A DNA stretch of 53,279 nucleotides, taken from NCBI GenBank assembly GCA_964448115.1, contig CAYUVA010000001.1:124001-177279 (forward strand), written 5' to 3'. The DNA comes from an uncultured bacterium. GTDB lineage: Bacteria; CAYUVA01. Within the stretch, counting starts at the first letter, position 1; the number at the start of each line of letters is the position of its first letter. This document shows, in pieces, positions 17,244 through 27,059 of this stretch. The position numbers and the translations under genes are program-made. Below the pieces are notes generated by a model. That model was not told where the DNA came from and searched no databases. It worked only from the letters and a program-made list of their open reading frames with translations.

Positions 17244-19724
17244 TTGATGATGATAAAAAAAAAGAGTAGAGCGATGATGATCCTTACCATTGGACAGGTT
17301 GCCTCATATCAGTTGGTAAACAGACGCTCGAAGGCTCTTATCAATAAGCCTTATCTCATCCTGACATTGGCATTGTGTGTTGCTATCAGCCTTGGCGCGG
17401 GTAAAGCTTATACGCAAGGTAGCGACCGCCTGGAGGTTTCCCCTGCCGTTATTACAGTTCCCCCGCAGGTCTCTCGAATCCTGACCTCCTATGATACCAA
17501 GGATACGCTTTATACGATGGCTGGCAAATCCGGAGTATGGCAGGTGCTGGTGGATCACGACTTTGAGGATGGACAAATGCCTGGTGGTTGGGAGGTTGTG
17601 GATAACAACTCCTTTAACGGTTTCCATTGCTGGGGTATAGACAGCATAATCCCTTACCAGGGGAATTATTGCATGTGGTGTGCAGCCGGCTGCACAGAGG
17701 GAGAGCCATCGGATCACTGGGGCGGTAAGTACCCTGCTGGCATGTGGTCTTGGGCTTTTTATGGACCCTTTTCCATGGCAGATGCCCTGGATGGGCAGTT
17801 CACCTTCGCGGTCAAGACTTGCGTCAATCTCAGTGAGCCTGCCGATGATGAGTTGTTCTTCTTCGGCACCTCCATAGATGGCAACTATTTCAACGGATCG
17901 GTCGCCAGGGTATGCAAAGATTGGCATGTATTCACCCATAAGTTTACCGATCGCGCTGGCGAGCCGCAGGTCTGGTATGGACTGCTCTTCGGCAGCACAA
18001 ACACGACAGATGGCAGTTGTGGCACCAACCGATGCGGCACATTCATCGACAACATGCAATTGCTTCGTAAGATCCCGGCAACAGCGACCCCGACACCATC
18101 TCCAAGTCCAACACCGACAGTAACCCCCACCGCCACCAACACGGTTCCCCCGCCCCAGGCACCGATCATGTACACCATGCCACCCTATACCTCTGGCTAT
18201 TCAAGGACTGCCAGGTGGTATGACCCTCCGGGGTCATCCGCTTACATGTATTGGGCTGAGTACGATCTCTCCCCAGGTTTCCCGGCGCCATTGAATAGCG
18301 GGTGGATATTCACCAGGTATCACACCTTCACCAACCTGCATGACGGAAGCACTTATTACTACAGGGTGCGAGCGAAAAATATTCAAGATGTTATGAGTCC
18401 ATGGTCAAATACAGCCTCATCAACCCAGGATGCCTCCCCGCCGGAGACCTGGGTCTGGGATACACTTGACCCAGTTTATTATACAATGGATATATACCTA
18501 CCCTATTCGGCTTATGATGACACTAGCGGTGTCGATCATGTAACCCTGTGGTACAAGAAGGATTACAGCCCCTGGCAGCAGTATAATGGGCATTTCACTG
18601 GCTCACCCATCTTCTTCCACTCTGAGGGTAGCGGGCAATATCAGTTCTATACTATCGGGGTCGATATCGTCGGCAACCAGGAGAGCGCTCCCAGCAGTCC
18701 TGATGCCTCCACGGTGATAAATGCGGATACGCCGACCACCTCGCCGACCCTGACCCCCTCGCCGACCATCTCGGCGACGCCGACAGGAACGCCAACGGTT
18801 ACCAATACACCAACCATCACGCCAACACCAAGCCCCACACCAGATGTGCCCGATACTCCCGAGATGTATCCCGAACCACCGTTCACCCGCGGATACAATA
18901 ACACAGTCTCCTGGAGCGATGAGTCCGAGTCCGGCGCTTATGCCTACTACGCTGAGTGTTATACCATGGATAAAGGCGTGGTGCAGGCTAGCGGATGGAT
19001 TCCTGAGACCATGTACGAATTCGAGGGCTTGGAGAGCGGCGTTCGCTACTATTACCATGTAAAGGCAAAGCGCAACGAGCTTTATGATACCAACTGGTCG
19101 GCTCCCACCTGGTCAACACAGGATGCCTCACAGCCATCGGTAACCATAGAGATACCACAACCAGGGACTTTTCTTCCCGGCGGCGAGAACCTTATCAGTG
19201 GCTACGCTGATGATAATATCAGCTCTATAAGCAAGGTGGAGCTTCGCTTCGATGCTAATGAGACCTGGGTGGAAGCAACTGGTCAGGAGAGTTGGAGCTA
19301 TACCTGGATGCCCCCTTCGGATGGACCTTACACGATAGTGGCAAGATCGACAGATCAGGTTGGCAATCAGAGCGATCCTAGCGCGCCGGTTAATGTAGTA
19401 GTCGATTCAACAGCTCCGGCGGTTCAGATTGGCGGCTATGGAACCACATCGCTCTCCTCGCAGGCGGGCGGAGCCTTGAATATGCTAGCTTTTGTTCCCC
19501 ATCCGGATATCGTTAGCGTGGAGATCTACTTCGATGGAGTCGGCACGGGCATCCTTTTGCGCGATGACGGCAAAGGCGGGGATCTCACCGCTGATGATGG
19601 CATATACACCTTTGCCACTCCGCTATATCCTCCACTATCGCCGCTTCAGGCTCTTCTGGAGGTGGTTGCCACAGATTATGCTGGTAACCAGGGGTGGTTT
19701 CCCAAGCTGATGGTGAAGCAATAG
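17244..19724 (+). CDS. Secreted modular protein: jelly-roll (MAM-like) domain, Thr/Pro linkers, FN3/Ig-like domains, shared C-terminal domain (start uncertain)
   Basis: Signal-like hydrophobic stretch; DFEDG...W...IDNMQL beta-sandwich; TPTP linkers; two YYYxVxAK FN3-like units; C-terminal LRDDGKGGDLTADDGIYT domain at about 19413-19721. Confidence 0.85.
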   Translation: MMMIKKKSRAMMILTIGQVASYQLVNRRSKALINKPYLILTLALCVAISLGAGKAYTQGSDRLEVSPAVITVPPQVSRILTSYDTKDTLYTMAGKSGVWQVLVDHDFEDGQMPGGWEVVDNNSFNGFHCWGIDSIIPYQGNYCMWCAAGCTEGEPSDHWGGKYPAGMWSWAFYGPFSMADALDGQFTFAVKTCVNLSEPADDELFFFGTSIDGNYFNGSVARVCKDWHVFTHKFTDRAGEPQVWYGLLFGSTNTTDGSCGTNRCGTFIDNMQLLRKIPATATPTPSPSPTPTVTPTATNTVPPPQAPIMYTMPPYTSGYSRTARWYDPPGSSAYMYWAEYDLSPGFPAPLNSGWIFTRYHTFTNLHDGSTYYYRVRAKNIQDVMSPWSNTASSTQDASPPETWVWDTLDPVYYTMDIYLPYSAYDDTSGVDHVTLWYKKDYSPWQQYNGHFTGSPIFFHSEGSGQYQFYTIGVDIVGNQESAPSSPDASTVINADTPTTSPTLTPSPTISATPTGTPTVTNTPTITPTPSPTPDVPDTPEMYPEPPFTRGYNNTVSWSDESESGAYAYYAECYTMDKGVVQASGWIPETMYEFEGLESGVRYYYHVKAKRNELYDTNWSAPTWSTQDASQPSVTIEIPQPGTFLPGGENLISGYADDNISSISKVELRFDANETWVEATGQESWSYTWMPPSDGPYTIVARSTDQVGNQSDPSAPVNVVVDSTAPAVQIGGYGTTSLSSQAGGALNMLAFVPHPDIVSVEIYFDGVGTGILLRDDGKGGDLTADDGIYTFATPLYPPLSPLQALLEVVATDYAGNQGWFPKLMVKQ

Positions 19725-19751
19725 AAGAAAGTGTCTGGCGCGAAGGGTTGT

Positions 19752-19777
19752 AAGCACAAGGGCACCAAGGCACTAAG
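19752..19777. repeat. Dispersed 8-nt-periodic intergenic repeat, copy 2
   Basis: AAGCACAAGGGCACCAAGGCACTAAG. Confidence 0.6.
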
Positions 19778-19973
19778 AAGAAGAAACCCTCTTTGGAAGC
19801 TACTTTATTTCTTAGTTGGTAATATACCCTTAATTCTTACACAAAGCCTGCCCCGAAGGCTGGGAGTTGATTGCAAGGTAGAGCATACTATAGTGGCTCT
19901 TTGACCTGTGATGTGCTTCTGATATTATCAGCCTCGTATTAAAACACCATAAACTAAGGTATGTAAACAAGCA

Positions 19974-20969
19974 ATGGATGCCCTAAACTATAGACCAAGA
20001 AGGTTACGTCAAAGCGATCGACTTCGCCGCCTGGTCGCCGAGACAATAGTTACCGTAGAGGATCTCGTCTATCCGCTTTTCGTTATTCCAGGGTCTGAAA
20101 AGACCTGCAAGGAGATCCCCTCCATGCCTGGCTGCTTTCATCATACCATTCCATCCCTGGTGGAGGAGGTGATCGAGGTAGAATCTCTGGGTATTCCGGC
20201 TGTGATTCTCTTCGGCATTCCCGAGACCAAGGATGATCGCGGCAGCGGTGCCTACCACAAAAATGGCATCGTGCAGCGAGCAGTAAGGGCGATAAAAAGC
20301 AAGTGCAAAAGCATTGTGGTCATCGCTGATGTCTGTCTTTGCGAGTACACCTCCCATGGACACTGCGGAGTGGTTGACCAGAGCGGTAATGTGCTTAACG
20401 ATCCCACCTTGGAGCTCCTTGGCAAGACCGCGCTATCCTTGGCAGAGGCTGGTGTTGATGTTGTTGCGCCCTCGGATATGATGGACGGCAGGGTGGGCTT
20501 CATCCGCGAGGTTCTCGATGGTCACGGCTTCATCAACACTGTGATCATGTCTTATGCAGCCAAGTATTGCTCTGCGTTCTATGGACCCTTTAGGGATGCT
20601 GCGCACTCTGCCCCGCAGTTCGGGGATAGAAGATCCTACCAGATGGATGCGCCCAATGCTCGCGAGGCACTTCGGGAGATCGAGCTTGATATCGTCGAGG
20701 GGGCGGATATCGTGATGGTCAAGCCGGCTCTGGCATACCTCGACATAATAACCAGGGCGCGTGAACAGTTCCCGGTGCCTTTGGCAGCCTACAATGTAAG
20801 CGGCGAGTACAGCATGATAAAGGCTGCTGCAAAGATGGGATGGCTGGATGAAAAACAAGCCATGCTGGAAGTGCTCACTGCCATCAAGCGCGCGGGAGCA
20901 GACATGATACTCACCTACTTTGCCAAGGAGTTCGCCTTGCTGAAAAAAGGGGTGCAAAACCAGGAATAA
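19974..20969 (+). CDS. hemB: Porphobilinogen synthase (Zn-type)
   Basis: [50 protein letters not shown]. Confidence 0.98.
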   Translation: MDALNYRPRRLRQSDRLRRLVAETIVTVEDLVYPLFVIPGSEKTCKEIPSMPGCFHHTIPSLVEEVIEVESLGIPAVILFGIPETKDDRGSGAYHKNGIVQRAVRAIKSKCKSIVVIADVCLCEYTSHGHCGVVDQSGNVLNDPTLELLGKTALSLAEAGVDVVAPSDMMDGRVGFIREVLDGHGFINTVIMSYAAKYCSAFYGPFRDAAHSAPQFGDRRSYQMDAPNAREALREIELDIVEGADIVMVKPALAYLDIITRAREQFPVPLAAYNVSGEYSMIKAAAKMGWLDEKQAMLEVLTAIKRAGADMILTYFAKEFALLKKGVQNQE

Positions 20970-20975
20970 TCGGAC

Positions 20976-21929
20976 ATGGACAAGGCTACCAGACAGCTAT
21001 TAGATCTCTTTGCTGCCGGCGATAAGCGTGCCCTGGCGCGGATACTGACCTATATTGAGAACGATAATGAACAACTCCCGGATATACTTGAGGCTCTGCA
21101 CGGTATGTCTAAAGGCTCTCGCATCATAGGCATCACCGGCTCTCCCGGGTCCGGCAAGAGCACCCTGGTCGATAGATTGATAACCCTTTATCGTAACAAG
21201 CAAAAGACCATTGGGATCATTGCGGTGGATCCGACAAGCCCGTTTACTGGTGGCGCGCTTCTCGGTGATAGGATAAGAATGAAGCGCCACTTCCTCGATG
21301 AGGGGATCTTCATACGCTCAACGGCTTCAAGGCGCTCCCTGGGCGGGTTAGCGCCTGCCACCTACAAGATGACCCTTGCCATGGAGGCATTCGGCTTCGA
21401 TTATATTATTCTGGAGACCGTCGGTGTCGGGCAATCCGAGGTCGATGTTGTCTATATCGCAGACCTGGTCTGCCTGGTTCTTACCCCATCAATGGGCGAT
21501 GAGGTTCAGGGTCTCAAGGCTGGCATCATGGAGATCGCAGATATCTTCGTGGTCAACAAGGCTGACCTGGAAGGAACCGAGAGGTTAATTACCGAGCTGA
21601 ACAGCCTGCTTGAGTTTTCCGAGTCAGAACCTAAGCCCAGCATCGTGCCTACTGTCTCCACCGAAAACAAGGGGATCGCCGAGCTTGAACAAGCCATCAG
21701 CGAGTTCATCGAGCTTTTGGCTGTAAGCGATCGCCTGAAAAAGCGCAGGAGAGAGCGGCTGAAAAAGGAGTTCCACGAGGAGATCAAAGGCTTATTAAAC
21801 GCCATCAGGGTAAAGAGTCTCCAGGAAGATAGTGAACTGGCTGCCCTGGAGGCAAGTGTCCTCAACGATGAGCTTAGCCCATACACAGGAGCTCGACGAT
21901 TTATTAAAAAGCTAGGTCTTTCATCCTAA
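20976..21929 (+). CDS. meaB: MeaB/ArgK GTPase (cobalamin mutase metallochaperone)
   Basis: GITGSPGSGKST, AVDPTSPFTGGALLGDRIRM, ETVGVGQSE, VNKAD. Confidence 0.95.
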   Translation: MDKATRQLLDLFAAGDKRALARILTYIENDNEQLPDILEALHGMSKGSRIIGITGSPGSGKSTLVDRLITLYRNKQKTIGIIAVDPTSPFTGGALLGDRIRMKRHFLDEGIFIRSTASRRSLGGLAPATYKMTLAMEAFGFDYIILETVGVGQSEVDVVYIADLVCLVLTPSMGDEVQGLKAGIMEIADIFVVNKADLEGTERLITELNSLLEFSESEPKPSIVPTVSTENKGIAELEQAISEFIELLAVSDRLKKRRRERLKKEFHEEIKGLLNAIRVKSLQEDSELAALEASVLNDELSPYTGARRFIKKLGLSS

Positions 21930-21977
21930 TATACCAGCTAGGTGCACCAACTAAAGCATCAATCTGCCAACAAGATG

Positions 21978-22556
21978 CTATAGGATATCACGAACCAGGT
22001 TTGCCAGGGCTTTCAGATCGAGCGGTTTAGCGAACCAGTTCTCAATCTTGTAGGTCTCGAATATCCTCAAGGCTTGCGGTGTAGGATGCCTGGTAATCGG
22101 GATTATCTTGCATCCTCTTGTAACATTGGTGGAACTAAGTGTCTTGATGACATCAAGTATGTCGGTCTGTGGGATATCCATGTCGAGGATAAGGATAATC
22201 GGCTTATAGGCGCCGGCGAGGATGAGCGCTTGGTTTGGGGTCTCCACGTTGATAAATTCCAATCCCAACTTGAGCCTGCTTAGCTCGGTCTTAATTAGCT
22301 CTTGGATATGGATATCATCATAAACGATCATTACCCACTTTTCATCGACCAAGTTCTTAAGGCATTCTGGCAGCTTCATATTAGAGGCGATCATGAATTG
22401 CCTTAAGGTGTGCGGCTCTATTCTATAGTGCTTCCCTGGAGTGGTAAAAGCAGGTAGTTTTCCATCCCGGATCCACTTCTTGACCGCTTCCACACTGCAT
22501 TGGCATATCTGGGCGACCTTTTTGGTAGTGAGGAGCTTACTATGGGATTCCTTCAT
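21978..22556 (-). CDS. Excisionase-type HTH plus receiver domain response regulator
   Basis: LTTKKVAQIC...KWIRDGKLPAFTTPGKHYRI HTH; receiver elements YDD, ILD and KP. Confidence 0.88.
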   Translation of the reverse strand: MKESHSKLLTTKKVAQICQCSVEAVKKWIRDGKLPAFTTPGKHYRIEPHTLRQFMIASNMKLPECLKNLVDEKWVMIVYDDIHIQELIKTELSRLKLGLEFINVETPNQALILAGAYKPIILILDMDIPQTDILDVIKTLSSTNVTRGCKIIPITRHPTPQALRIFETYKIENWFAKPLDLKALANLVRDIL

Positions 22557-22683
22557 GGCATGATCACAAGGTTGTTAAGCCGGGGTTATTCTACTTGTCC
22601 ACACAAGCGGTGAACCTATCAATAGCCCCAGCGGTTGTCAATAGCAATTTTGTTATCACAACATCTTCACCTTTATAATAAAT

Positions 22684-22712
22684 AATATACTTTATAGTTA
22701 AATTCTTGTCAA
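22684..22712 (-). promoter_or_regulatory. sigma70 promoter for the response regulator
   Basis: TTGACA-17 nt-TATATT on the minus strand. Confidence 0.6.
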
Positions 22713-22931
22713 ACACTTTTTATTCAAGAGTCATGTAGCTGAACACCTAATATATACAAATCCTTACAAGCACCACATAACTTATTAACATGTTCTATGC
22801 CCCTTTAAATATGACTTCCATCAAGTTTGTATCGGATTGATTGGAAATTATATAGAATATTCTTATGAACTATTATCCCTTATGTAAAGATATTTTTTTT
22901 ATTTTTTTAAGACCGATTTTGCCGATTCCTT

Positions 22932-22947
22932 TGGCACATCAATTGCA
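22932..22947 (+). promoter_or_regulatory. sigma54 (-24/-12) promoter
   Basis: TGGCACA-TCAA-TTGCA differs from TGGCACG-N4-TTGCW at one position; AT-rich upstream region; predicted +1 near 22958. Confidence 0.7.
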
Positions 22948-22962
22948 TACATCTTATATGTA

Positions 22963-23152
22963 AACCCCCGATCGCTTGGTGAATACCTTAGCAAAGACAT
23001 AGGGCTTGAGTAGGTAGAGAGAGATTCGAGCCGAGCTCCCCGATTTAGAGAACCTGATAGAAAGGGGAGTTCGGCTGGGGGGCAACAAATTAACCACCCA
23101 ATGACAATTATTGTCATCGAGGGATCGGCTCTCAAGCGCATCGGGGAGGGTT
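22963..23152 (+). ncRNA. Putative structured ncRNA or leader RNA (family not recognised)
   Basis: The 5' end AACCCCCGATCGCTTG pairs with the 3' end CAAGCGCATCGGGGAGGGTT. Internal 13-bp stem 23029-23041/23064-23076; perfect 8-1-8 repeat ATGACAAT-T-ATTGTCAT at 23101-23117; T-rich tail follows. Confidence 0.55.
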
Positions 23153-23273
23153 AGTTTATTTATGCAAATCGTATCTACCAGTAGCCTGCCCGGTAATTTA
23201 TTTTTTGATTTAAAGATGCTATTATCGAGTACCGGAAACTAAGCATTTAATCTCTTTCAGAAAGGGAGCGTAG

Positions 23274-24626
23274 ATGAAAAAGCAAGGTGGATTATTCAGC
23301 GTTCTGGATAGGCACTTTAAGTTAGTCGAGAACAATACGACCATTAGGCAAGAATTCTTCGGCGGAACTACTACATTCATGACCCTTTCCTATATTATCT
23401 TCGTGCAGCCGATAATTCTCGGCGCAGCCGGCATGGATAAGGGCGCGGTAATGATGGCGACCTGCATAGGCTCGGCGATCGCTACTTTAATGATGGCTTT
23501 TCTAGCAAACTATCCCATAGCCTTGGCGCCTGCAATGGGGCACAATGCTTTCTTCACCTATGTAGCCTGCATGACAATGGGATTCACCTGGCAGCAATCG
23601 CTGGCAGCCATTTTTATCTCAGGCATCTTGTTCATCGTTCTTTCTACCATCCAATTCAGGGTAAAGATCATGGAGGCTGTGCCTGGCTGCCTTAAGAACG
23701 GCATCGCTGTTGGCATCGGGCTTCTAATCACCTTCGTCGGCTTGCAGTATGGCGGTGTGGTGGTCGCTCACCAGGCTATCCTGGTGCAATTGGGCAACCT
23801 GACCAGTCCACCGGTTCTGCTCACCGTGTTCTCCTTGATCATCATCGCTGCTTTGCTGATTTACAAGGTTCCCGGCTCTATCCTTTGGGGGATAATTATC
23901 ACCGCCATAGTCGGTCTGCCCTTTGGATTGACCCATTACCATGGCATCATACAGAGACCGCCAAGCATCTCACCGACCTTTTTTCAGCTCGACTTCTCCA
24001 GGGTCTTCTCTGCTGATTTTCTGATGATCATCTTTGTATTTTTCTTTTTGGATCTGTTCGATACGGTAGGAACTCTCATCGGAGTATCGCAGCAGGCTGG
24101 TGTGATGCGAGATGGGAAGCTCCCCAAGGGGCAGCAGGCTCTGCTTTCGGATGCGATCGGCACTTCATGCGGCGCGCTTTTAGGGACTTCCACTATCACA
24201 AGCTACATCGAGAGCGCATCCGGGGTGGCGGTCGGCGCCAGGACCGGACTGGCAAATGTCTTTACCAGCATGTGGATGCTGCTGGCGATCTTTTTCTCAC
24301 CGCTGCTTATGATGGTCGGGGGAGCTTACCAGACGCAAAGCGGAATGAGCCTTTACCCAGCAATAGCCGCCCCGCTTATCATAATCGGTTGTTTCATGAT
24401 GAAAAATGTAACCAATATCTCTTGGGATGACTATACCGAGGCGATACCAGCATTCTTGACCATCGTGATCATGACACTGTCGGTCAACATCACCGAGGGG
24501 ATCTCCTTCGGTTTCATCACCTATTCTGCATTAAAGTTGATATCTGGAAGGGGCAGGGAGGTCAACTGGATAATCTATCTATTCGCCGTGCTTTTTATTC
24601 TAAGATACATATTTCTTCACTCCTAG
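23274..24626 (+). CDS. NCS2 family (AzgA/PbuG-type) purine permease
   Basis: TTFMTLSYIIFVQP, ANYPIALAPAMG, DLFDTVGTLIG, TSYIESASGV..GARTGL; AAAGGGAG RBS. Confidence 0.95.
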   Translation: MKKQGGLFSVLDRHFKLVENNTTIRQEFFGGTTTFMTLSYIIFVQPIILGAAGMDKGAVMMATCIGSAIATLMMAFLANYPIALAPAMGHNAFFTYVACMTMGFTWQQSLAAIFISGILFIVLSTIQFRVKIMEAVPGCLKNGIAVGIGLLITFVGLQYGGVVVAHQAILVQLGNLTSPPVLLTVFSLIIIAALLIYKVPGSILWGIIITAIVGLPFGLTHYHGIIQRPPSISPTFFQLDFSRVFSADFLMIIFVFFFLDLFDTVGTLIGVSQQAGVMRDGKLPKGQQALLSDAIGTSCGALLGTSTITSYIESASGVAVGARTGLANVFTSMWMLLAIFFSPLLMMVGGAYQTQSGMSLYPAIAAPLIIIGCFMMKNVTNISWDDYTEAIPAFLTIVIMTLSVNITEGISFGFITYSALKLISGRGREVNWIIYLFAVLFILRYIFLHS

Positions 24627-24758
24627 CTCTGTTTTACTGTAGATTTGATTGAATTTCATTGCCCATTCCTTAATCTTGTAAATGCAACTATCCTATGATA
24701 GTCTTAAAAGTGATAAAAGTCACTCATTAACAAGCAGGTTTTTTAACCAAAGAAATAA

Positions 24759-26783
24759 ATGAAAATGGAAACAGGATTACCAATAAATTTGGCAGATATT
24801 CTTCATCATAGATCAGTAGAAAGCACTAGAGTTGAATATAAAAGCACCTGGAATGATAAATCTAAATCCTCAGTAATCCGCACCATCTGTGCTTTTGCTA
24901 ACGATCTTTATAACCAAAACGGTGGTTATGTGATAATAGGCGTTGTAGAAGACGACAACGGAAATCCAATTTTACCCCCAAAGGGAGTGGAGCAATCAAA
25001 ACTTGATATTATCCAAAAAGAGATTATAGGTGCTTGTAAAGGATTGCTAGTTCCAGAATATATCCCTTTGATTTTTTTAGCTTCATATACACAACGAGAC
25101 CTAATAATTATATGGTGTCCTGCTGGAGATAATCGTCCATATTCTGCCCCTAAAAGATCTGGCAAAGGGATGGATTATTATATTAGAAGCGGAAATACAA
25201 CGATTGAGGCACAGGGTGATCTAAAAAGGCAGTTACTTGAGCAGGCGGCTAAGATACCATTCGATGATCGAAGAAACCATGATGCCAAAGTGGAGGATAT
25301 TTCATTCTATCTAGTGAAGAAGCACCTTGAGAATGTTAGGAGTTACCTAACTACCGAATTAGAATCCTTTGATAAATTGGGCATTTATCATCGTCTTAGA
25401 TTGTTGATTAGGATGGATGGGTATGAGGTTCCAAGAAATTTTGCTTTACTATTTTTTAATGAATCACCTGAACAATTTTTCCCGGGAGCATATATTGAGG
25501 TTGTACAGTTTGATGATGACGCAGGGGGAGATCTGATTGAAGAAAAACAATTTCGTGGTCCTCTTCCAGAACAAATAAACTCAACACTAAAATATCTGGA
25601 AGGCTTGGGCGGTACATTGGTACACAAAATTCCCAATCAAGCAGAAGCGAAAAGGACAGTTCCATACCCCTATGAAGCTATGGAAGAAGCAATTGTCAAC
25701 GCTGTTTATCATAGAAGCTATGAAGATTCTCAAGAGCCAGTGAAAGTTTATTTGTATCCCAATCGCATGGAAATAACTAGCTACCCCGGACCGGTTTCGG
25801 GTATTAAATTAGAGCATCTTGAGCCTAATAGTGCTATGCCCGCGGTACCTGCACGTAATCGACGCATTGGTGAATTATTGAAAGAGCTACGCTTAGCAGA
25901 AGGAAGAGGTACAGGTATCCCTAAAATTCACAGGAGAATGGCAGAAAACGGCTCCCCGCAGGCTCGCTTCGATTTCGACGAGAATAGAACCTATTTTAGA
26001 GTTATCTTACCTGTACACCCTAAATATCAAACGCTTCATTCGCTCCGTGAGGCTACACACCTCTGGGCAATAGGATACCAAGATAGAGCACTTGAAATAT
26101 TGAAGAATGCTTTTAACTCGCAGCCGTCCTCTGCCGTGATTGCAAGTCAATTGATTGAATACTTGATGAAACTCGAACAATTGGATGAGGCAAACAAGGT
26201 TTTTAATCGATTCAAAGAACAACCAATTGGGGAGCAAAACTCCCAGCCATATTTGGTTTATGCTAAGGAATTGCTTGATCTGGGCATCAGGAAGAAGATG
26301 GAAGATCTTCAAAAAAAAGCAAAGGAAGTATTGAACTCGCTGCCTGCTCACCCTGAATCTTATGAAAATATCGTTAGTGAAGCAATATTGCGAAGGAGAA
26401 CGAGAAATAATAGACAAGCTCACAAGCTCTTCGAGAAAGCCTATGCGCTAAATCCCGACGATCCAAAGCTACTCCATGAATTTGCACAGACCAAAATGGA
26501 TATTGCCCGTAACTGGCGTTTAAATAAAGATATTAGAAGAAAGCTCACCAGAGAGGCAATTGAACTTTTTAGACAAGTAATTCAACTAACAGATGACAGG
26601 ATTAGAAAGGCGTGGTGTTGGTATAACCTTGCAAAAGCGCTCAATTGGATGAGGGAACCGGTCAGCAACATAGAAGAAGCCTATAAAGAAGCAATATCTC
26701 TTCATCCAGATAATGAAATTATTCTGCAAGCATATAACAATTGGAAGGATGCTAAAGGAAAATCTTCAAAAAAGCCATACTAG
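24759..26783 (+). CDS. Schlafen/AlbA_2 domain + HATPase_c_4-like domain + C-terminal TPRs
   Basis: ESTRVEYK, ICAFAN..GGYVIIGV, YYIRSG; EAIVNAVYHRSY, RNRRI...LAEGRGTGI; TPR ends AYALNPDD and AISLHPDN. Confidence 0.85.
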   Translation: MKMETGLPINLADILHHRSVESTRVEYKSTWNDKSKSSVIRTICAFANDLYNQNGGYVIIGVVEDDNGNPILPPKGVEQSKLDIIQKEIIGACKGLLVPEYIPLIFLASYTQRDLIIIWCPAGDNRPYSAPKRSGKGMDYYIRSGNTTIEAQGDLKRQLLEQAAKIPFDDRRNHDAKVEDISFYLVKKHLENVRSYLTTELESFDKLGIYHRLRLLIRMDGYEVPRNFALLFFNESPEQFFPGAYIEVVQFDDDAGGDLIEEKQFRGPLPEQINSTLKYLEGLGGTLVHKIPNQAEAKRTVPYPYEAMEEAIVNAVYHRSYEDSQEPVKVYLYPNRMEITSYPGPVSGIKLEHLEPNSAMPAVPARNRRIGELLKELRLAEGRGTGIPKIHRRMAENGSPQARFDFDENRTYFRVILPVHPKYQTLHSLREATHLWAIGYQDRALEILKNAFNSQPSSAVIASQLIEYLMKLEQLDEANKVFNRFKEQPIGEQNSQPYLVYAKELLDLGIRKKMEDLQKKAKEVLNSLPAHPESYENIVSEAILRRRTRNNRQAHKLFEKAYALNPDDPKLLHEFAQTKMDIARNWRLNKDIRRKLTREAIELFRQVIQLTDDRIRKAWCWYNLAKALNWMREPVSNIEEAYKEAISLHPDNEIILQAYNNWKDAKGKSSKKPY

Positions 26784-27059
26784 AACCAAAATCTAAGGCA
26801 ATGTAGCCGCAACCAGGTATGCTAATGTAGCATAAAAATAATGACGCGCTAAAATGGTGCATGTTTTGAGGGAAGTAATCTAATCAAACTAATGGAAACT
26901 GCTTCTACCTAGCAGGATGTCCAAGCCGTGAAGGAGGGGGGATTCGATGATATTTAGGTTCTCTAGGCATGCCTTGCGGCTGCCAGGAAGGTTGATGATT
27001 AAACCCCCACCCCTGCGCTCCCCCCTTGCTGTTTGTCTCATGGCGAATGCTCCTTTTTT

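Noticed and set aside
17304-18059. 251-aa antisense ORF, and similar shadows such as 10602-11318, 8935-9492, 1150-1680 and 20433-20957
   Set aside because: They lie opposite well-supported genes and have no recognisable motifs.
18730-18845. Thr/Pro codon repeats here and near 18085, 46165, 48290 and 50345 as possible CRISPR or VNTR arrays
   Set aside because: In-frame low-complexity linkers with varying codons; no repeat-spacer structure and no cas genes.
22899-23141. 80-aa minus-strand ORF, and a 17-codon plus ORF at 23101-23154
   Set aside because: No convincing RBS or motifs; the region is better explained by RNA structure.
23153-23273. Purine riboswitch before the NCS2 permease (CGTATCTACC resembles part of the core)
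   Set aside because: The P2/P3 stems and kissing loops of the guanine/adenine aptamer cannot be built.
26795-27030. Possible short inverted ends (GTAGCCGCAA / TTGCGGCTGC) downstream of the Schlafen gene
   Set aside because: Only a ~10-bp imperfect match with no counterpart upstream of the gene; too weak to call a mobile element.
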